Shown here one piece after another: positions 1 to 9,118 of a stretch of 47,572 bases of DNA (positions within the stretch are counted from its first letter, which is position 1; every line of letters begins with the position of its first letter). The position numbers and the translations under genes are program-made. Below the pieces are notes generated by a model, which saw only the letters and a list, made by a program, of their open reading frames with translations, was not told the DNA's origin and made no database searches. The DNA comes from a virus (taxonomy: Duplodnaviria > Heunggongvirae > Uroviricota > Caudoviricetes): positions 123,759 to 171,330 of the IMG/VR virus record IMGVR_UViG_3300025310_000004; one strand, 5' to 3'.

Positions 1-1
1 A

Positions 2-505
2 CCTCCGATCGCAACGATCGAAACCGTCTGCTACTGCGAGCCATGGGAGCAGGCGCGCAAGTGCTGCACCTTCGACAACCCTGCCGACTGGAACGATGCC
101 ACTTCCTACGTTGAGGTATGGACCGGCTCTGAGGAGATGCGGAACCTCAAGATCGAGGCGTACCGCAACCCCTTCGGTGAGAAGGTCCCGTGCCCTTGCG
201 ATCCAGCAGATGAGTTCTGGGAGTGCCGCGATCCTTGCGCCACCATCCTGATCCCTCAGTTGCCGAAGCAATCTCGACTGATCATCGACTCTCGCCTGCG
301 CCTGGCGCAGTTGGTGTTGTCGAGCGGGCGCGTCGTGAACGCTCTGCGCTACATCTTCTCCGCCGACGGCAAGCCATTCTCCTGGTTCGACATCGGACAG
401 TGCTCGACGTTCTGTGTCATCGTTCAGGCCGACTGCCGCCAGACCGCCGATGACGCCGAGGTGAGCGTTGGGGCCATCGGTCGCTACACCGCCTCGGGGT
501 GGTGA
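2..505 (+). CDS. Minor tail protein, C-terminal part (distal-tail-like), 5'-truncated
   Basis: Frame is open from base 2 (PPIATIETVCYCEPW...) into the 137..505 ORF; directly upstream of tail genes. Confidence 0.55.
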   Translation, partial: PPIATIETVCYCEPWEQARKCCTFDNPADWNDATSYVEVWTGSEEMRNLKIEAYRNPFGEKVPCPCDPADEFWECRDPCATILIPQLPKQSRLIIDSRLRLAQLVLSSGRVVNALRYIFSADGKPFSWFDIGQCSTFCVIVQADCRQTADDAEVSVGAIGRYTASGW

Positions 506-506
506 G

Positions 507-1625
507 ATGTCCGACCTGTGTGTCACGCCACTAGAGATCAACGGCTTCACCCCGTGTCGATCTGGTGGACTGCTCGGGGATGGCAACGATCTTCGTGTCC
601 TGTTGGTCACGCGCGGCTACACCGCTGTGATTGCAGAACTCAAGCCCATCTCTGGTGAGTTCACTCGCACCCTCGATGGCACTTCCACGCTGACGATGGA
701 GGGCGTGGTGTCGGGGCGGTTGGAGGACTCGTGCTGCGATGGCTGGGAAGAAATCCGTCCCTGGGCGACTGAGATCATCGTGTTTCGTGACGGGCGTGAT
801 GCTTGGGCCGGTCCCGTCACGGATGTGGTGTTCTCCTACGGTGGGGTGCGTGTCGAGGCGGATGATCTGACGGCTTGGTGGGATCGACGCACCATCCCCA
901 CCCTGAACTTCTCCGGTGATGACCTGACCAACATCTTCCTCCGCATCCACGAGGAAGCGATGAAGCCTGACGACTCGATGAACATGAACGTCATCTCGCA
1001 GTTGACTGGCATCACGGGTGATCGCATCTACAACGGCAACCTCTACGAGTATGCGGGTGACGCCATCAAGGAATTGGCCGACACGGGCCTCGACTACACG
1101 GCGTACTCACGCAACATTATCGTTGGTGGAGAGGAGGTCGATGCCACCCCCTACGTCACCCTGCTCGATGAGCATTGGACCGAACCGCCGGAGGTTCGCG
1201 ATCGGGGCAACGAGCAGGCGACGGTCGTCATTGTGAAGGGCAATGGCGTCCAGGCGATTGCCTACGCGCCACAGGAATACATCGACTACTACGGCTATCT
1301 GGTCAGAGTGTTCGAGGAGCCCGACATCCTTGACGAGTCCTCTTGCGTCTTGGCTGCTGAGACGCGTGTCGATCTTCTCAGGGACCCTCAGTTCATCGAG
1401 ACGCCGGTTGGGGCAGGGCTCAAGACGACTGCCCCCATCACCCTGGCTGAACTGATCCCTGGAATGAGGATGCGGGTGGACACTCAATCGACCTGCCGCA
1501 AGGTCGTCAACGACTTCCGGCTGCAGCAGGTGACCGTCAACTTCGATGGTACTGTCTCGATCGATCTACAGCCCCTCGGCCATGTCTCCTCAGATGGGTC
1601 GGTGGACACCTTCACGGTCACCTAG
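507..1625 (+). CDS. Minor tail protein (siphovirus baseplate hub / Gp37-like)
   Basis: ATG at 507 just after upstream stop; 372 aa; actinophage minor-tail-type motifs (W..EI.V.RDG...W.GP, GLDYT...R.I); position in tail module. Confidence 0.7.
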   Translation: MSDLCVTPLEINGFTPCRSGGLLGDGNDLRVLLVTRGYTAVIAELKPISGEFTRTLDGTSTLTMEGVVSGRLEDSCCDGWEEIRPWATEIIVFRDGRDAWAGPVTDVVFSYGGVRVEADDLTAWWDRRTIPTLNFSGDDLTNIFLRIHEEAMKPDDSMNMNVISQLTGITGDRIYNGNLYEYAGDAIKELADTGLDYTAYSRNIIVGGEEVDATPYVTLLDEHWTEPPEVRDRGNEQATVVIVKGNGVQAIAYAPQEYIDYYGYLVRVFEEPDILDESSCVLAAETRVDLLRDPQFIETPVGAGLKTTAPITLAELIPGMRMRVDTQSTCRKVVNDFRLQQVTVNFDGTVSIDLQPLGHVSSDGSVDTFTVT

Positions 1626-1634
1626 GAGGATCAG

Positions 1635-1829
1635 ATGTCGTATCGAGCACCAGAGATCAACTCCCTGGCAGCGATGCTGTCCGAACTCGAACGTCGGGTC
1701 AGGAAGTTGGAGCAGGGTGGTGGGGCGACGGCTCCCGACCCTGGGTGGGTGCTGCGCGAGATCAACGGTGGCCTCTACTACCTGTATGTTCCGACCGGAG
1801 CGACCGGACCCCAGATTGGGACCAAGTAG
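1635..1829 (+). CDS. Small tail-associated protein
   Basis: RBS AGGAGG; L.ELERRVRKLE coiled coil typical of the small gene following actinophage minor tail genes. Confidence 0.55.
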   Translation: MSYRAPEINSLAAMLSELERRVRKLEQGGGATAPDPGWVLREINGGLYYLYVPTGATGPQIGTK

Positions 1830-1869
1830 CCGGGCTACACTAGTCCCGAGGACCCAGGAGGCTCGTTAG

Positions 1870-3039
1870 ATGGCACGCTGCGGATGCAGTTCAGAATGCG
1901 CTTGCGTGATCACCGACGGTGACTGCACGACGATCGCGGGCAACGGCAACCCTGGCGCGCCCTACCGGGTGAACCTAGAGATCGATCCGTCCCTCAACAA
2001 CCAGGCCGTCTGCGGCGAGGACGGCCTCCTAGTAGAGCCCCCACAGGCTGGTGACTGCATCGAGGTGGACGATTCGGTCGTCCCGGCGATCATCTCAGTC
2101 GAGGTCGATCCCGACCCAGACAACCAACTCGTCTGCAACCCTGCTGGCCTGTTCGTCAACCCGGCGATCACGGTCGCCGACACCGACTGCATCGACCTAG
2201 AGGGCGACGGGACTCCCGCCGACCCACTGACGGCCTCCCCCATCATCTCGCCGGATGTCGCGAACCTCTTGGAGTGCGTGGCTGCGCCCGACCCCAACCA
2301 GGGCCTCCGTGCCCGGCTGTTCTCGGGTGGGTCCGGTTGTATTGACATCTCCGGTGACGGAACGGCTGGCGATCCGCTCCTGGTTGGCCTTGAAGTCTCT
2401 CCCGACGTGGGCAACACCTTGCAGTGCCGCCCCAACGGAGCGTTTGTCCCGGCCGTTACCCAGGCCCCCATCGAGTACCGGGCGACGCTGCTCCACAACG
2501 GCGTTTGCGGCACGATCCTGCCTCCGGCCGCTGTTGGCGCAACCTCAAGCGCCTTCATCGACTACGACTACACCGAAGAAGCAGTCGGACTGATCCCCTA
2601 CTTGTGTGGCCTTGGTCCCGCCTATGCCAACACCTACATCGAGGTGCCGATCGGCGGCGCGGGCATCTACTTGATCCAGGCAACGCACCCCGCTTGGTCG
2701 ATCCTTCCAGCCAGCGCGGGAGACATGATCCTGAGGTTGCGGCTATGGCGCGGAGATACCACCGGGCGTCTTTCTGACGGCATCGGGCAGTCTGCCCAGA
2801 CTCGTTACTCGACGGTGGTTTCGGCGTTCAACACCCCTTACCTGCACATCAGCAGGACCATCTACCTCAATGATGGCGACTGCGTTGCTGTTGACTTCGC
2901 CGCCGAGGACTACAACGGGGCCTTCGCTGGGACGACCCTTGACACCGGACCCATCTACGGCGCTGGTGCCGTTGGACCCATCGTTCTTGAAACGGCCGGG
3001 CTCCCCTTCTTCCAGATGACAAGGCTTGGTTTGGCATGA
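1870..3039 (+). CDS. Tail fibre / receptor-binding protein 1 with Cys-containing repeats
   Basis: N-terminal repeats D.DCI.L.GDGT..DPL...SPD..N.L.C, then a beta-rich C-terminal domain; tail context. Confidence 0.6.
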   Translation: MARCGCSSECACVITDGDCTTIAGNGNPGAPYRVNLEIDPSLNNQAVCGEDGLLVEPPQAGDCIEVDDSVVPAIISVEVDPDPDNQLVCNPAGLFVNPAITVADTDCIDLEGDGTPADPLTASPIISPDVANLLECVAAPDPNQGLRARLFSGGSGCIDISGDGTAGDPLLVGLEVSPDVGNTLQCRPNGAFVPAVTQAPIEYRATLLHNGVCGTILPPAAVGATSSAFIDYDYTEEAVGLIPYLCGLGPAYANTYIEVPIGGAGIYLIQATHPAWSILPASAGDMILRLRLWRGDTTGRLSDGIGQSAQTRYSTVVSAFNTPYLHISRTIYLNDGDCVAVDFAAEDYNGAFAGTTLDTGPIYGAGAVGPIVLETAGLPFFQMTRLGLA

Positions 3040-3419
3040 GCGCTGTAGACGACGCCTTCTACCAGAACGACTGCGTTCGCGTGATGGCTCAGATCACCAA
3101 GCAGTTGGCCATCGACACCAACGGCAAGATCGCGCCTCAGCAGGACGCCCTTGATGGGGCTGAGGCAACCATCGCCTCTCTTGTCGCCGCTGGCCAGGTG
3201 CCGCCCGCTGACCTGGCGACCAAGACCGACGAGTACGTCCAGGGTGTCAAGGACTCCTACGAAGCGGCCAAGGCCGCATCTGAGGCCAGCCTGGCACTTC
3301 CAGTAGAGGTGCAATCAGCCCTCGGCATCATCCCCGAGCGCGAACAGGCTCGGCTCGACATCGCCAACCAGTGGCTCTTTGCCATCGACCAGGCTTGGAC
3401 TCCGGGGGGTGGCAACTGA
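3036..3419 (+). CDS. Hypothetical protein, possible fibre chaperone
   Basis: ATGA overlap with fibre 1; alpha-helical 127 aa. Confidence 0.5.
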   Translation: MSAVDDAFYQNDCVRVMAQITKQLAIDTNGKIAPQQDALDGAEATIASLVAAGQVPPADLATKTDEYVQGVKDSYEAAKAASEASLALPVEVQSALGIIPEREQARLDIANQWLFAIDQAWTPGGGN

Positions 3420-4279
3420 TGGCACAGATTCCGTGCGTCGAGGACTCCTGCTCGCTCGACCTTGAGATCACCGACGAGAACAAGTTGACCGGCGATGTCA
3501 TCTTGGACCCCGATGGTGGCCTCGTCTGTACGCCAGGTCAGGGCATTGGAATCTTGCTCGATTCATCCGAGTGTGGGATCGAAGCCTCCCTCAGTGCTGG
3601 TGGCCTTGCCCTCGGGCTCGACTACGACACCAATCGCGGCTTGGACTGCGATGGGTCTGGCCTGTACGTCCGTCGTCACCCCAACGCCTGCAACGACCTC
3701 GCCTTCGATGGTGGGCAGTTGAGGGTCAACAAGTACCAGTATCGATACGTCTCGTTTGGTACCAACGGTGGCAACCTTGGCGTGGCTGGTGTTGTCAACA
3801 CTGGCTTTGGGTCTTTCGCCGTTGACATCGACGCCTTCTGGGCTGCTTACGGTGGAGCAGCGCGTACCGACATCGCCAACAATGGCGTCGGCCAACTCAC
3901 CAACAACACCTGCCGCCGGATGCTTGTGGAGTTGTCCTACTCCATCATCCCCGGCTACTTCCTCGGCAACGGGTGGCAAGTGTGGGTGGGTGCCTACCAG
4001 GACCGGAACTACCCGGCGGGTGGATTCAGCGCAGAGGCGCCTTTCGTCTCCTACAACCACTCCCTGTCTCCATTCAACCCGAACTCTGGCCTTGGTGGAG
4101 ACTTCCACCCCCGCACCTATAGCGTCGGTGGACTGATCCTCGATCCTGGGCAGACCATCACTGCGACCATTGGTGCCTCGCTACAGATTGCTACCCCCGG
4201 CTTCGGCACCCCGGTGGGCAACACGGTCGAGTGGCGGTTCGGCTGCACCGGCACTATCAGCGCTTGGACGATCTCATGA
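3419..4279 (+). CDS. Tail fibre / receptor-binding protein 2
   Basis: TGATG coupling; N-terminal Cys/Gly repeats (D..GL.C..GL.V) related to fibre 1; beta-rich C-terminus. Confidence 0.55.
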   Translation: MAQIPCVEDSCSLDLEITDENKLTGDVILDPDGGLVCTPGQGIGILLDSSECGIEASLSAGGLALGLDYDTNRGLDCDGSGLYVRRHPNACNDLAFDGGQLRVNKYQYRYVSFGTNGGNLGVAGVVNTGFGSFAVDIDAFWAAYGGAARTDIANNGVGQLTNNTCRRMLVELSYSIIPGYFLGNGWQVWVGAYQDRNYPAGGFSAEAPFVSYNHSLSPFNPNSGLGGDFHPRTYSVGGLILDPGQTITATIGASLQIATPGFGTPVGNTVEWRFGCTGTISAWTIS

Positions 4280-4716
4280 GCACCGAATCTGTTACTTGGT
4301 GGGCCAAGGACCTCGACAGGGGTGTTGTCGTTGAGTCGTCGTCGTTCTCCGACGAGGGGACGGTAGATGGCGTGAGTGGAGCGATTCCCGAGGGCGCCTC
4401 AGTCTTGACTGAGCCCGAGTTCGCAGCCCTACTGCGTGAGGACTACCTCCACCAGTTTGACGCCTGGCAAGGCGCTCGCGCTCTCAAGGCGGCTGCCATC
4501 GCTCAGGTCCAGACGGAACGTCAGGCCAAGGTTGATGAGTTGGTCACCATTGGCCTTTCCGAGCAGTCCGCTGAGTCCATGGTTCCACCCGCCCCGGTTC
4601 TCGACATGTCAGAGAACTACGAGCCTCCTCCTGGTGCAGCCGAGCACCTTCGTTCTGCCTACCGTCTCAGCCAGGAATCGATCGACGCGATCCTTGCCCC
4701 CATCGAGGAGCCATGA
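4276..4716 (+). CDS. Hypothetical protein, possible fibre chaperone
   Basis: ATGA overlap with fibre 2; 146 aa. Confidence 0.5.
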   Translation: MSTESVTWWAKDLDRGVVVESSSFSDEGTVDGVSGAIPEGASVLTEPEFAALLREDYLHQFDAWQGARALKAAAIAQVQTERQAKVDELVTIGLSEQSAESMVPPAPVLDMSENYEPPPGAAEHLRSAYRLSQESIDAILAPIEEP

Positions 4717-4719
4717 GAA

Positions 4720-5493
4720 GTGATCCTTGCAGACCACTCCCCATGGCACACCTGGGGTGAGACGATCGTTTGGATCGCAGGTGTAGCCACAGCCCTTGGC
4801 ATCATCTCGCGCACCAGGCCCGTCAAGTGGCTCTACCAGCAACTCGTGGGGAAGCCCGTCACCGAGTGGGGAAGCAAGGTCGTCGGTGACGTTGTTGAGG
4901 CCAAGGTCACACAGAACAACGGGGGGTCCTCACTCAAGGACCAGATCGATGGGCTGAACAGCAACCAAGCCGACATCAAGGCCGCTCTAGAGAACATCCA
5001 CACCTGTCTCGATACGCGCTTTGCCGACACCCATGAGCGCATGGAGAAGTTGACGGGCTACGCCGAGGAGGTGCTGGCTGAGGCCATCGGGGCCAAGGAG
5101 CGCATCCGGCAGTTGTACCGAGCCCTAGAGATTCCGGTGTTCGAGACGAACGCCCAGGGCTGGTGCACCTACGTCAACCCCGCCTACACCAAGATCACGG
5201 GCCTGTCGGTCGAGGACGCCTTGGGCGAGGGGTGGGCGGAGGCCCTTTATCCCGAAGATCGCACCAGGGTGTTCCGTTCGTGGGGACAGGCTGTTGAGGC
5301 TGGGGCCGAGTTCACTGCCGTCTACCGCTTCCGCAACACCCAGACGGGCAAGATGGTCGAGGTCAGGGGATCGGCCTCTCCACTCCATGACGCCCACCGC
5401 AACGTAGTCGGATGGGTGGGAACCCTGGACCTGATCCCAGAATCGACTAATCTGGTTGATGCCCAACCGGCCCAAGCCGTGGAGGAAGTATGA
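4720..5493 (+). CDS. Lysis-cassette membrane protein fused to a C-terminal PAS domain
   Basis: N-terminal TM helix (IVWIAGVATALGII), NGGSSLKD motif and coiled coil, then PAS signature (VFETNAQGWCTYVNPAYTKITGLS..DALGEGW...LYPEDR...YRF...G....V...ASP......GWVGT). Confidence 0.8.
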   Translation: MILADHSPWHTWGETIVWIAGVATALGIISRTRPVKWLYQQLVGKPVTEWGSKVVGDVVEAKVTQNNGGSSLKDQIDGLNSNQADIKAALENIHTCLDTRFADTHERMEKLTGYAEEVLAEAIGAKERIRQLYRALEIPVFETNAQGWCTYVNPAYTKITGLSVEDALGEGWAEALYPEDRTRVFRSWGQAVEAGAEFTAVYRFRNTQTGKMVEVRGSASPLHDAHRNVVGWVGTLDLIPESTNLVDAQPAQAVEEV

Positions 5494-5777
5494 GCGACAT
5501 CGGAACCCCGGTCGATACCAGCGGAAGTGGTGGCCCCATGCCACCTGACTTCGGCGCGGCCATCATCCGCACCGTGGTGCCCTACGCCACTGCCTTCGTC
5601 GTGGCCAAGTTGGCCGAGAACGGCATCGAGGCAGATGCGGCGGAGGTCAACGCCGCCGTCGTCACCATCGGTGGCTCGCTGTGGTACATGCTGGTGCGAG
5701 TCCTAGAGCAGCGCTGGCCCAAGGCTGGCTGGCTCCTGGGTAGCCCCAAGACCCCGACCTACTCCAAGCCTGAGTGA
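5490..5777 (+). CDS. Holin (actinophage type)
   Basis: 95 aa, two hydrophobic segments, IRTVVP...WY..VR.LE.RWP.AGWLLG pattern; follows tail module. Confidence 0.7.
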   Translation: MSDIGTPVDTSGSGGPMPPDFGAAIIRTVVPYATAFVVAKLAENGIEADAAEVNAAVVTIGGSLWYMLVRVLEQRWPKAGWLLGSPKTPTYSKPE

Positions 5778-5779
5778 AG

Positions 5780-6238
5780 ATGGGCAAGTACCGCGCAACT
5801 CTCAACATGCCCGAGGCCAAGCGTGGCCAGGTGGCCACCTTCGATGACACCGAGCCTCGCGTGATTCGCATGGTTCGTGATGGTCACCTCGTGCCGGTCG
5901 ATGTCTCACCTGAGGCCCTCGCCCGCATCGAGGAGGCCAAGAACAAGCCCGCCCCTGTTGCCACCGGATCGGTGGAGGCAGTGAAGCGGGCCTTGGAGGA
6001 GCGCCGTCGTGCCGCTGGCATCGGAACTGGTGGGGCCACCACCGAGGTGTCTACCGCCGTTCCGGTCGTGATGGCCCCCGAGGCCCCTGAGGAGGCCCCT
6101 GAGGCGCCTGAGGCGGTCGAGGAGGCCCCTGAGGCCCCCCAGGAGCCCGCCGACGACGAGAAGCCGACCTACGCCGGTTCTCGTGGCACGAGCCAGCCAG
6201 CCTCCAAGAAGTCGGCACCTCGCAAGCGGGGCAGGTAG
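5780..6238 (+). CDS. Hypothetical protein with Glu-Ala-Pro repeats and basic C-terminus
   Basis: ORF follows holin (GTG 5774 or ATG 5780); EAPEEAPEAPE low-complexity tract. Confidence 0.6.
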   Translation: MGKYRATLNMPEAKRGQVATFDDTEPRVIRMVRDGHLVPVDVSPEALARIEEAKNKPAPVATGSVEAVKRALEERRRAAGIGTGGATTEVSTAVPVVMAPEAPEEAPEAPEAVEEAPEAPQEPADDEKPTYAGSRGTSQPASKKSAPRKRGR

Positions 6239-6244
6239 GCGACC

Positions 6245-6439
6245 ATGGGCTGTGGATGCAACAAGGTCCGCACCTACTCTGAGAGCAACCCACTGATGCT
6301 CGGCGAGCCGGACGGCAACCCCCCGGTGAACGTCCGGGCAACCGTCGCGGTGATGGGTCTGCGGGCTGGATCGGAGTTCTGGGCGGCGGGGTCAGGCATC
6401 CCCGCGATGATCGATGCGGGGTGGCTCGTCGCCATCTGA
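6245..6439 (+). CDS. Small MGCGC-type phage protein
   Basis: 64 aa starting MGCGCNK, a recurrent N-terminus in actinophage small genes. Confidence 0.55.
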   Translation: MGCGCNKVRTYSESNPLMLGEPDGNPPVNVRATVAVMGLRAGSEFWAAGSGIPAMIDAGWLVAI

Positions 6440-6442
6440 GGG

Positions 6443-6464
6443 TGTCTCACCTCACTGGTAGTCT
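6443..6464 (+). promoter_or_regulatory. Box-N8-(-10) phage promoter
   Basis: TGTCTCAC ctcactgg TAGTCT. Confidence 0.75.
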
Positions 6465-6470
6465 TGCGCC

Positions 6471-6980
6471 GTGAGTGATCCGGCCTGGGAAGAAGAACGA
6501 CCATCAACCACCAGGGGACCACGGCGACCTCGACGGGTGAGCGATCTTCCCGATGAGCCTCCGCGTCCACGTCGGTATCGACGGACCCAAGACGATGGTC
6601 TTGAGTACCAGCAGCCGCTCAGTATGGCCGAGGTGGAGGAGCGCATCATGCGCGCCGACGATGAGTTGGCCGAACTCACGACCTCCCACATGGACCTCGC
6701 CCATGATGCTGCTGTCGCCGAAGCACAGTGGAAGCGCCATCGCGACACGGTGATCGTGCACACGGTGAAGAACGAGGAGCGCACCGCCGCGGACTACCGC
6801 GAGGCGCTTGCCCGTGAGCAGATCGATCCGATCACCGGCAAGCAGGGCGCAGAACTCTACGAGGTCTACAAGATCACCGAGGCTGCCGCCGAGTCATCCG
6901 CTCGGGCCATGCGCTCGATCGAGGCGCGGCTCAACGCCTTCCAGACCATCGCCGCCAACTTGCGAAAGGTGTCAATGTGA
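6471..6980 (+). CDS. Hypothetical coiled-coil protein, probably leaderless
   Basis: GTG 6 nt after -10 hexamer of promoter 6443; overlaps next gene. Confidence 0.6.
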   Translation: MSDPAWEEERPSTTRGPRRPRRVSDLPDEPPRPRRYRRTQDDGLEYQQPLSMAEVEERIMRADDELAELTTSHMDLAHDAAVAEAQWKRHRDTVIVHTVKNEERTAADYREALAREQIDPITGKQGAELYEVYKITEAAAESSARAMRSIEARLNAFQTIAANLRKVSM

Positions 6981-7435
6981 GGCCATCCGCTCAGGACATG
7001 GTGCGGGAGTTCCATGAAGTGTTCCGCCACCCGGTGCCGTCCGAACTCACCACGGTGGACCCCGATACCGCCCGACTCCGCATCGAGTTGATCCGTGAGG
7101 AGTTCGAGGAGTTCGTCCAGGGCATCCTGGGCGACCCCGAGGCGCAGGTGTCCATCTCGACCGGCCCAGGCGGTGAACCCAACATCATCGAGATCGCCGA
7201 CGCCCTGGCTGACATGGCCTACGTCATCTACGGCGCTGCCATCGTGCATGGCATCGATCTTGATGCTGTGGTGGCCGAGGTGCATCGCTCCAACATGTCC
7301 AAGTTGGGCGAGGATGGCAAGCCGCTTCGCCGAGAAGATGGCAAGACCCTCAAGGGTCCCAACTACTTCCCCCCGAACATCGCCGCTGCCCTCGGCTACC
7401 CCAAGGAGGACCCCGATGCACCTGGGTTCGGATGA
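6977..7435 (+). CDS. MazG-like / PRA-PH family nucleotide pyrophosphohydrolase
   Basis: LIREEFEE, ADALADMAYVIYG, VHRSNMSKL...REDGK.LKGPNY motifs. Confidence 0.85.
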   Translation: MRPSAQDMVREFHEVFRHPVPSELTTVDPDTARLRIELIREEFEEFVQGILGDPEAQVSISTGPGGEPNIIEIADALADMAYVIYGAAIVHGIDLDAVVAEVHRSNMSKLGEDGKPLRREDGKTLKGPNYFPPNIAAALGYPKEDPDAPGFG

Positions 7436-7631
7436 GCCAGACCTGCAGTCGCTTGTGACGACGTTGCGCGCCATGGCCGATGACCCCACCAAGTTCTCGC
7501 CAGCGACTATCTCGATGACCGCAGCGATGGCCGCAGAGGCTCTTGGTGGCCCCCCAGCCATGCAGGCCCCCCAGATGACGGCCTGCCCCGGTCAGTTGTC
7601 GATCTACGACTACCACGAGGAGAACTCGTGA
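7416..7631 (+). CDS. Hypothetical protein
   Basis: ATG 7416; packed between neighbours; ends in QLSIYD motif. Confidence 0.45.
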   Translation: MHLGSDEPDLQSLVTTLRAMADDPTKFSPATISMTAAMAAEALGGPPAMQAPQMTACPGQLSIYDYHEENS

Positions 7632-7987
7632 CGAGCACAGCACTCGCCGGGTACATCGGCACGCCAACCGAGTTGGGCATCCCTGGGCGCTCCATGAAGC
7701 GCATCCAGCAGGCGATCTTCGACACCCAGGATCGCTACAGCCTGGTGATCCGCACGATCGAGTTCAGGGCCATCAAGACAGCAACGGGGGCCAACATCTC
7801 GCAGGCTTCGGTGGTCACCAATCAGGTGGACGGCCACCACCCCCATGAGCGCATCTCCATCGTGTACCGCAACGGTCGCTTCGCCAAGGCCATGGCCGAG
7901 TACGAGGATGGCACCGTGGTTGAGCACACCTTGGGTGCCGCCATCGACCGCATCAGCAATCCGGTTGGACGAGATGGCCGCTCGTAG
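7628..7987 (+). CDS. Hypothetical protein
   Basis: RBS GAGGAG, GTGA overlap. Confidence 0.55.
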   Translation: MTSTALAGYIGTPTELGIPGRSMKRIQQAIFDTQDRYSLVIRTIEFRAIKTATGANISQASVVTNQVDGHHPHERISIVYRNGRFAKAMAEYEDGTVVEHTLGAAIDRISNPVGRDGRS

Positions 7988-8144
7988 CCACGTCATGCGT
8001 CTCGATCTCGCGGCGAGCATCTACGAGCAACTTGAGGCCCACGCCGCCAAGGAGGACATCGGTGTGGGCACCTTGGTGCGCCGCATCGTCATCGAATGGA
8101 CCCATGAGCACCCACCCCCTCCCTCCGAGCCCGACGACGTGTGA
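7974..8144 (+). CDS. Ribbon-helix-helix-like DNA-binding protein
   Basis: 56 aa: beta strand (VMRLDL) plus two helices (IYEQLEAHAAKE; VGTLVRRIVIEW). Confidence 0.55.
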   Translation: MAARSHVMRLDLAASIYEQLEAHAAKEDIGVGTLVRRIVIEWTHEHPPPPSEPDDV

Positions 8145-8469
8145 TCTCGCTGCCGGAGCGTGGCCGAAGGGCTGCGATTGGTGCGGTGGAGAGGTTCCTC
8201 CCGGTCGTACCCAATGGTGTCGAGACTGGTGTGAACACGCGTGGAGGGTGAACCACCATTGGCCCACCGCTCGGCGGTTTGCCTTGCGTCGAGATGGCCA
8301 CAAGTGCGTGAAGTGCTCATCTATTGAGGCGCTAGAGGTGAACCACATCAAGCCACTCAGGGGCATGGGGTACAGCCCATCGTGTTGGCACCACCAAGAC
8401 AACCTTGAGACGTTGTGTGGGTGGTGCCACGATGAGATCACATTCATCCAGAACAGGACATGGCAGTGA
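8104..8469 (+). CDS. HNH endonuclease (start uncertain)
   Basis: CxxC...RDGHKCVKC...LEVNHIKP...NLETLCGWCH. Confidence 0.8.
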   Translation: MSTHPLPPSPTTCDLAAGAWPKGCDWCGGEVPPGRTQWCRDWCEHAWRVNHHWPTARRFALRRDGHKCVKCSSIEALEVNHIKPLRGMGYSPSCWHHQDNLETLCGWCHDEITFIQNRTWQ

Positions 8470-8852
8470 TTCCGAGCATCTTCAACTACCGGGCCAGGGT
8501 TGATCGCGTTGTCGATGGTGACACCATCATCATGCAGATCGACTTGGGGTTCCACATGACCGCCAAGGTGTCGGTGCGACTGCTGGGTGTTGACACCCCC
8601 GAGTTGCGCTCCAAGGACCCAGAGGAGCGACAGCGCGCTCAGTTCGCTCGTTCCTTCACCGACGTGTGGTGCAACGAGGCCGTGGGGAACCCCAAGATCA
8701 CCGACCCCTGGGTCGAGTGGCCCTTCGTGATCTCCACCTCCAAGGCCGATTCGTTCGGTCGCTGGTTGGGCCGCGTGTGGTCGCTGAGGACCGGAGAGCA
8801 ACTCAACGAGGCCATCGTGGCGGCCGGATACAGCGTCTCACCCATCGGCTAG
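8460..8852 (+). CDS. Thermonuclease (SNase-like) nuclease
   Basis: RVVDGDT..DLGF..VRLLGVDTPE..DSFGRWLG. Confidence 0.85.
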   Translation: MAVIPSIFNYRARVDRVVDGDTIIMQIDLGFHMTAKVSVRLLGVDTPELRSKDPEERQRAQFARSFTDVWCNEAVGNPKITDPWVEWPFVISTSKADSFGRWLGRVWSLRTGEQLNEAIVAAGYSVSPIG

Positions 8853-8855
8853 GAT
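8834..8855 (+). promoter_or_regulatory. Box-N8-(-10) phage promoter
   Basis: CGTCTCAC ccatcggc TAGGAT. Confidence 0.65.
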
Positions 8856-8865
8856 GGGTGTCCCT

Positions 8866-9108
8866 ATGAGCCTCGTGAACGACTCCATCGACACCGCAAA
8901 GGCCCTTGTCACAGCGGCATTGGTGGATGACTTCGAGGCAGCAAGAACCTTGTTCCCAGAGGGCCGAGAGGAAGCGGCCCATCTGATCATGGCACTGTCG
9001 AAGTTGAACGCCAGGATGGTGCGCTCACTCGCCGCCGAGAAGGGCGATGAGCCTCTCGACATGTGGCAGAAGGCAATGATGGAGATGGCAGCGCAAGGCT
9101 GCCACTGA
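8866..9108 (+). CDS. Hypothetical protein
   Basis: Downstream of promoter 8834; helical 80 aa. Confidence 0.55.
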   Translation: MSLVNDSIDTAKALVTAALVDDFEAARTLFPEGREEAAHLIMALSKLNARMVRSLAAEKGDEPLDMWQKAMMEMAAQGCH

Positions 9109-9118
9109 AAGGAGAATC

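Noticed and set aside
5902-5923. TGTCTCAC box inside gene 5780-6238
   Set aside because: No TANNNT at the fixed offset and intragenic; serves as a negative control for the promoter motif.
6070-6145. GAGGCCCCT tandem repeats
   Set aside because: Encode a Glu-Ala-Pro low-complexity linker; no spacers, so not CRISPR-like.
8104-8469. HNH as the terminase-associated packaging nuclease
   Set aside because: It lies 12 kb from terS/terL and has AT-richer codons; more likely an independent insertion.
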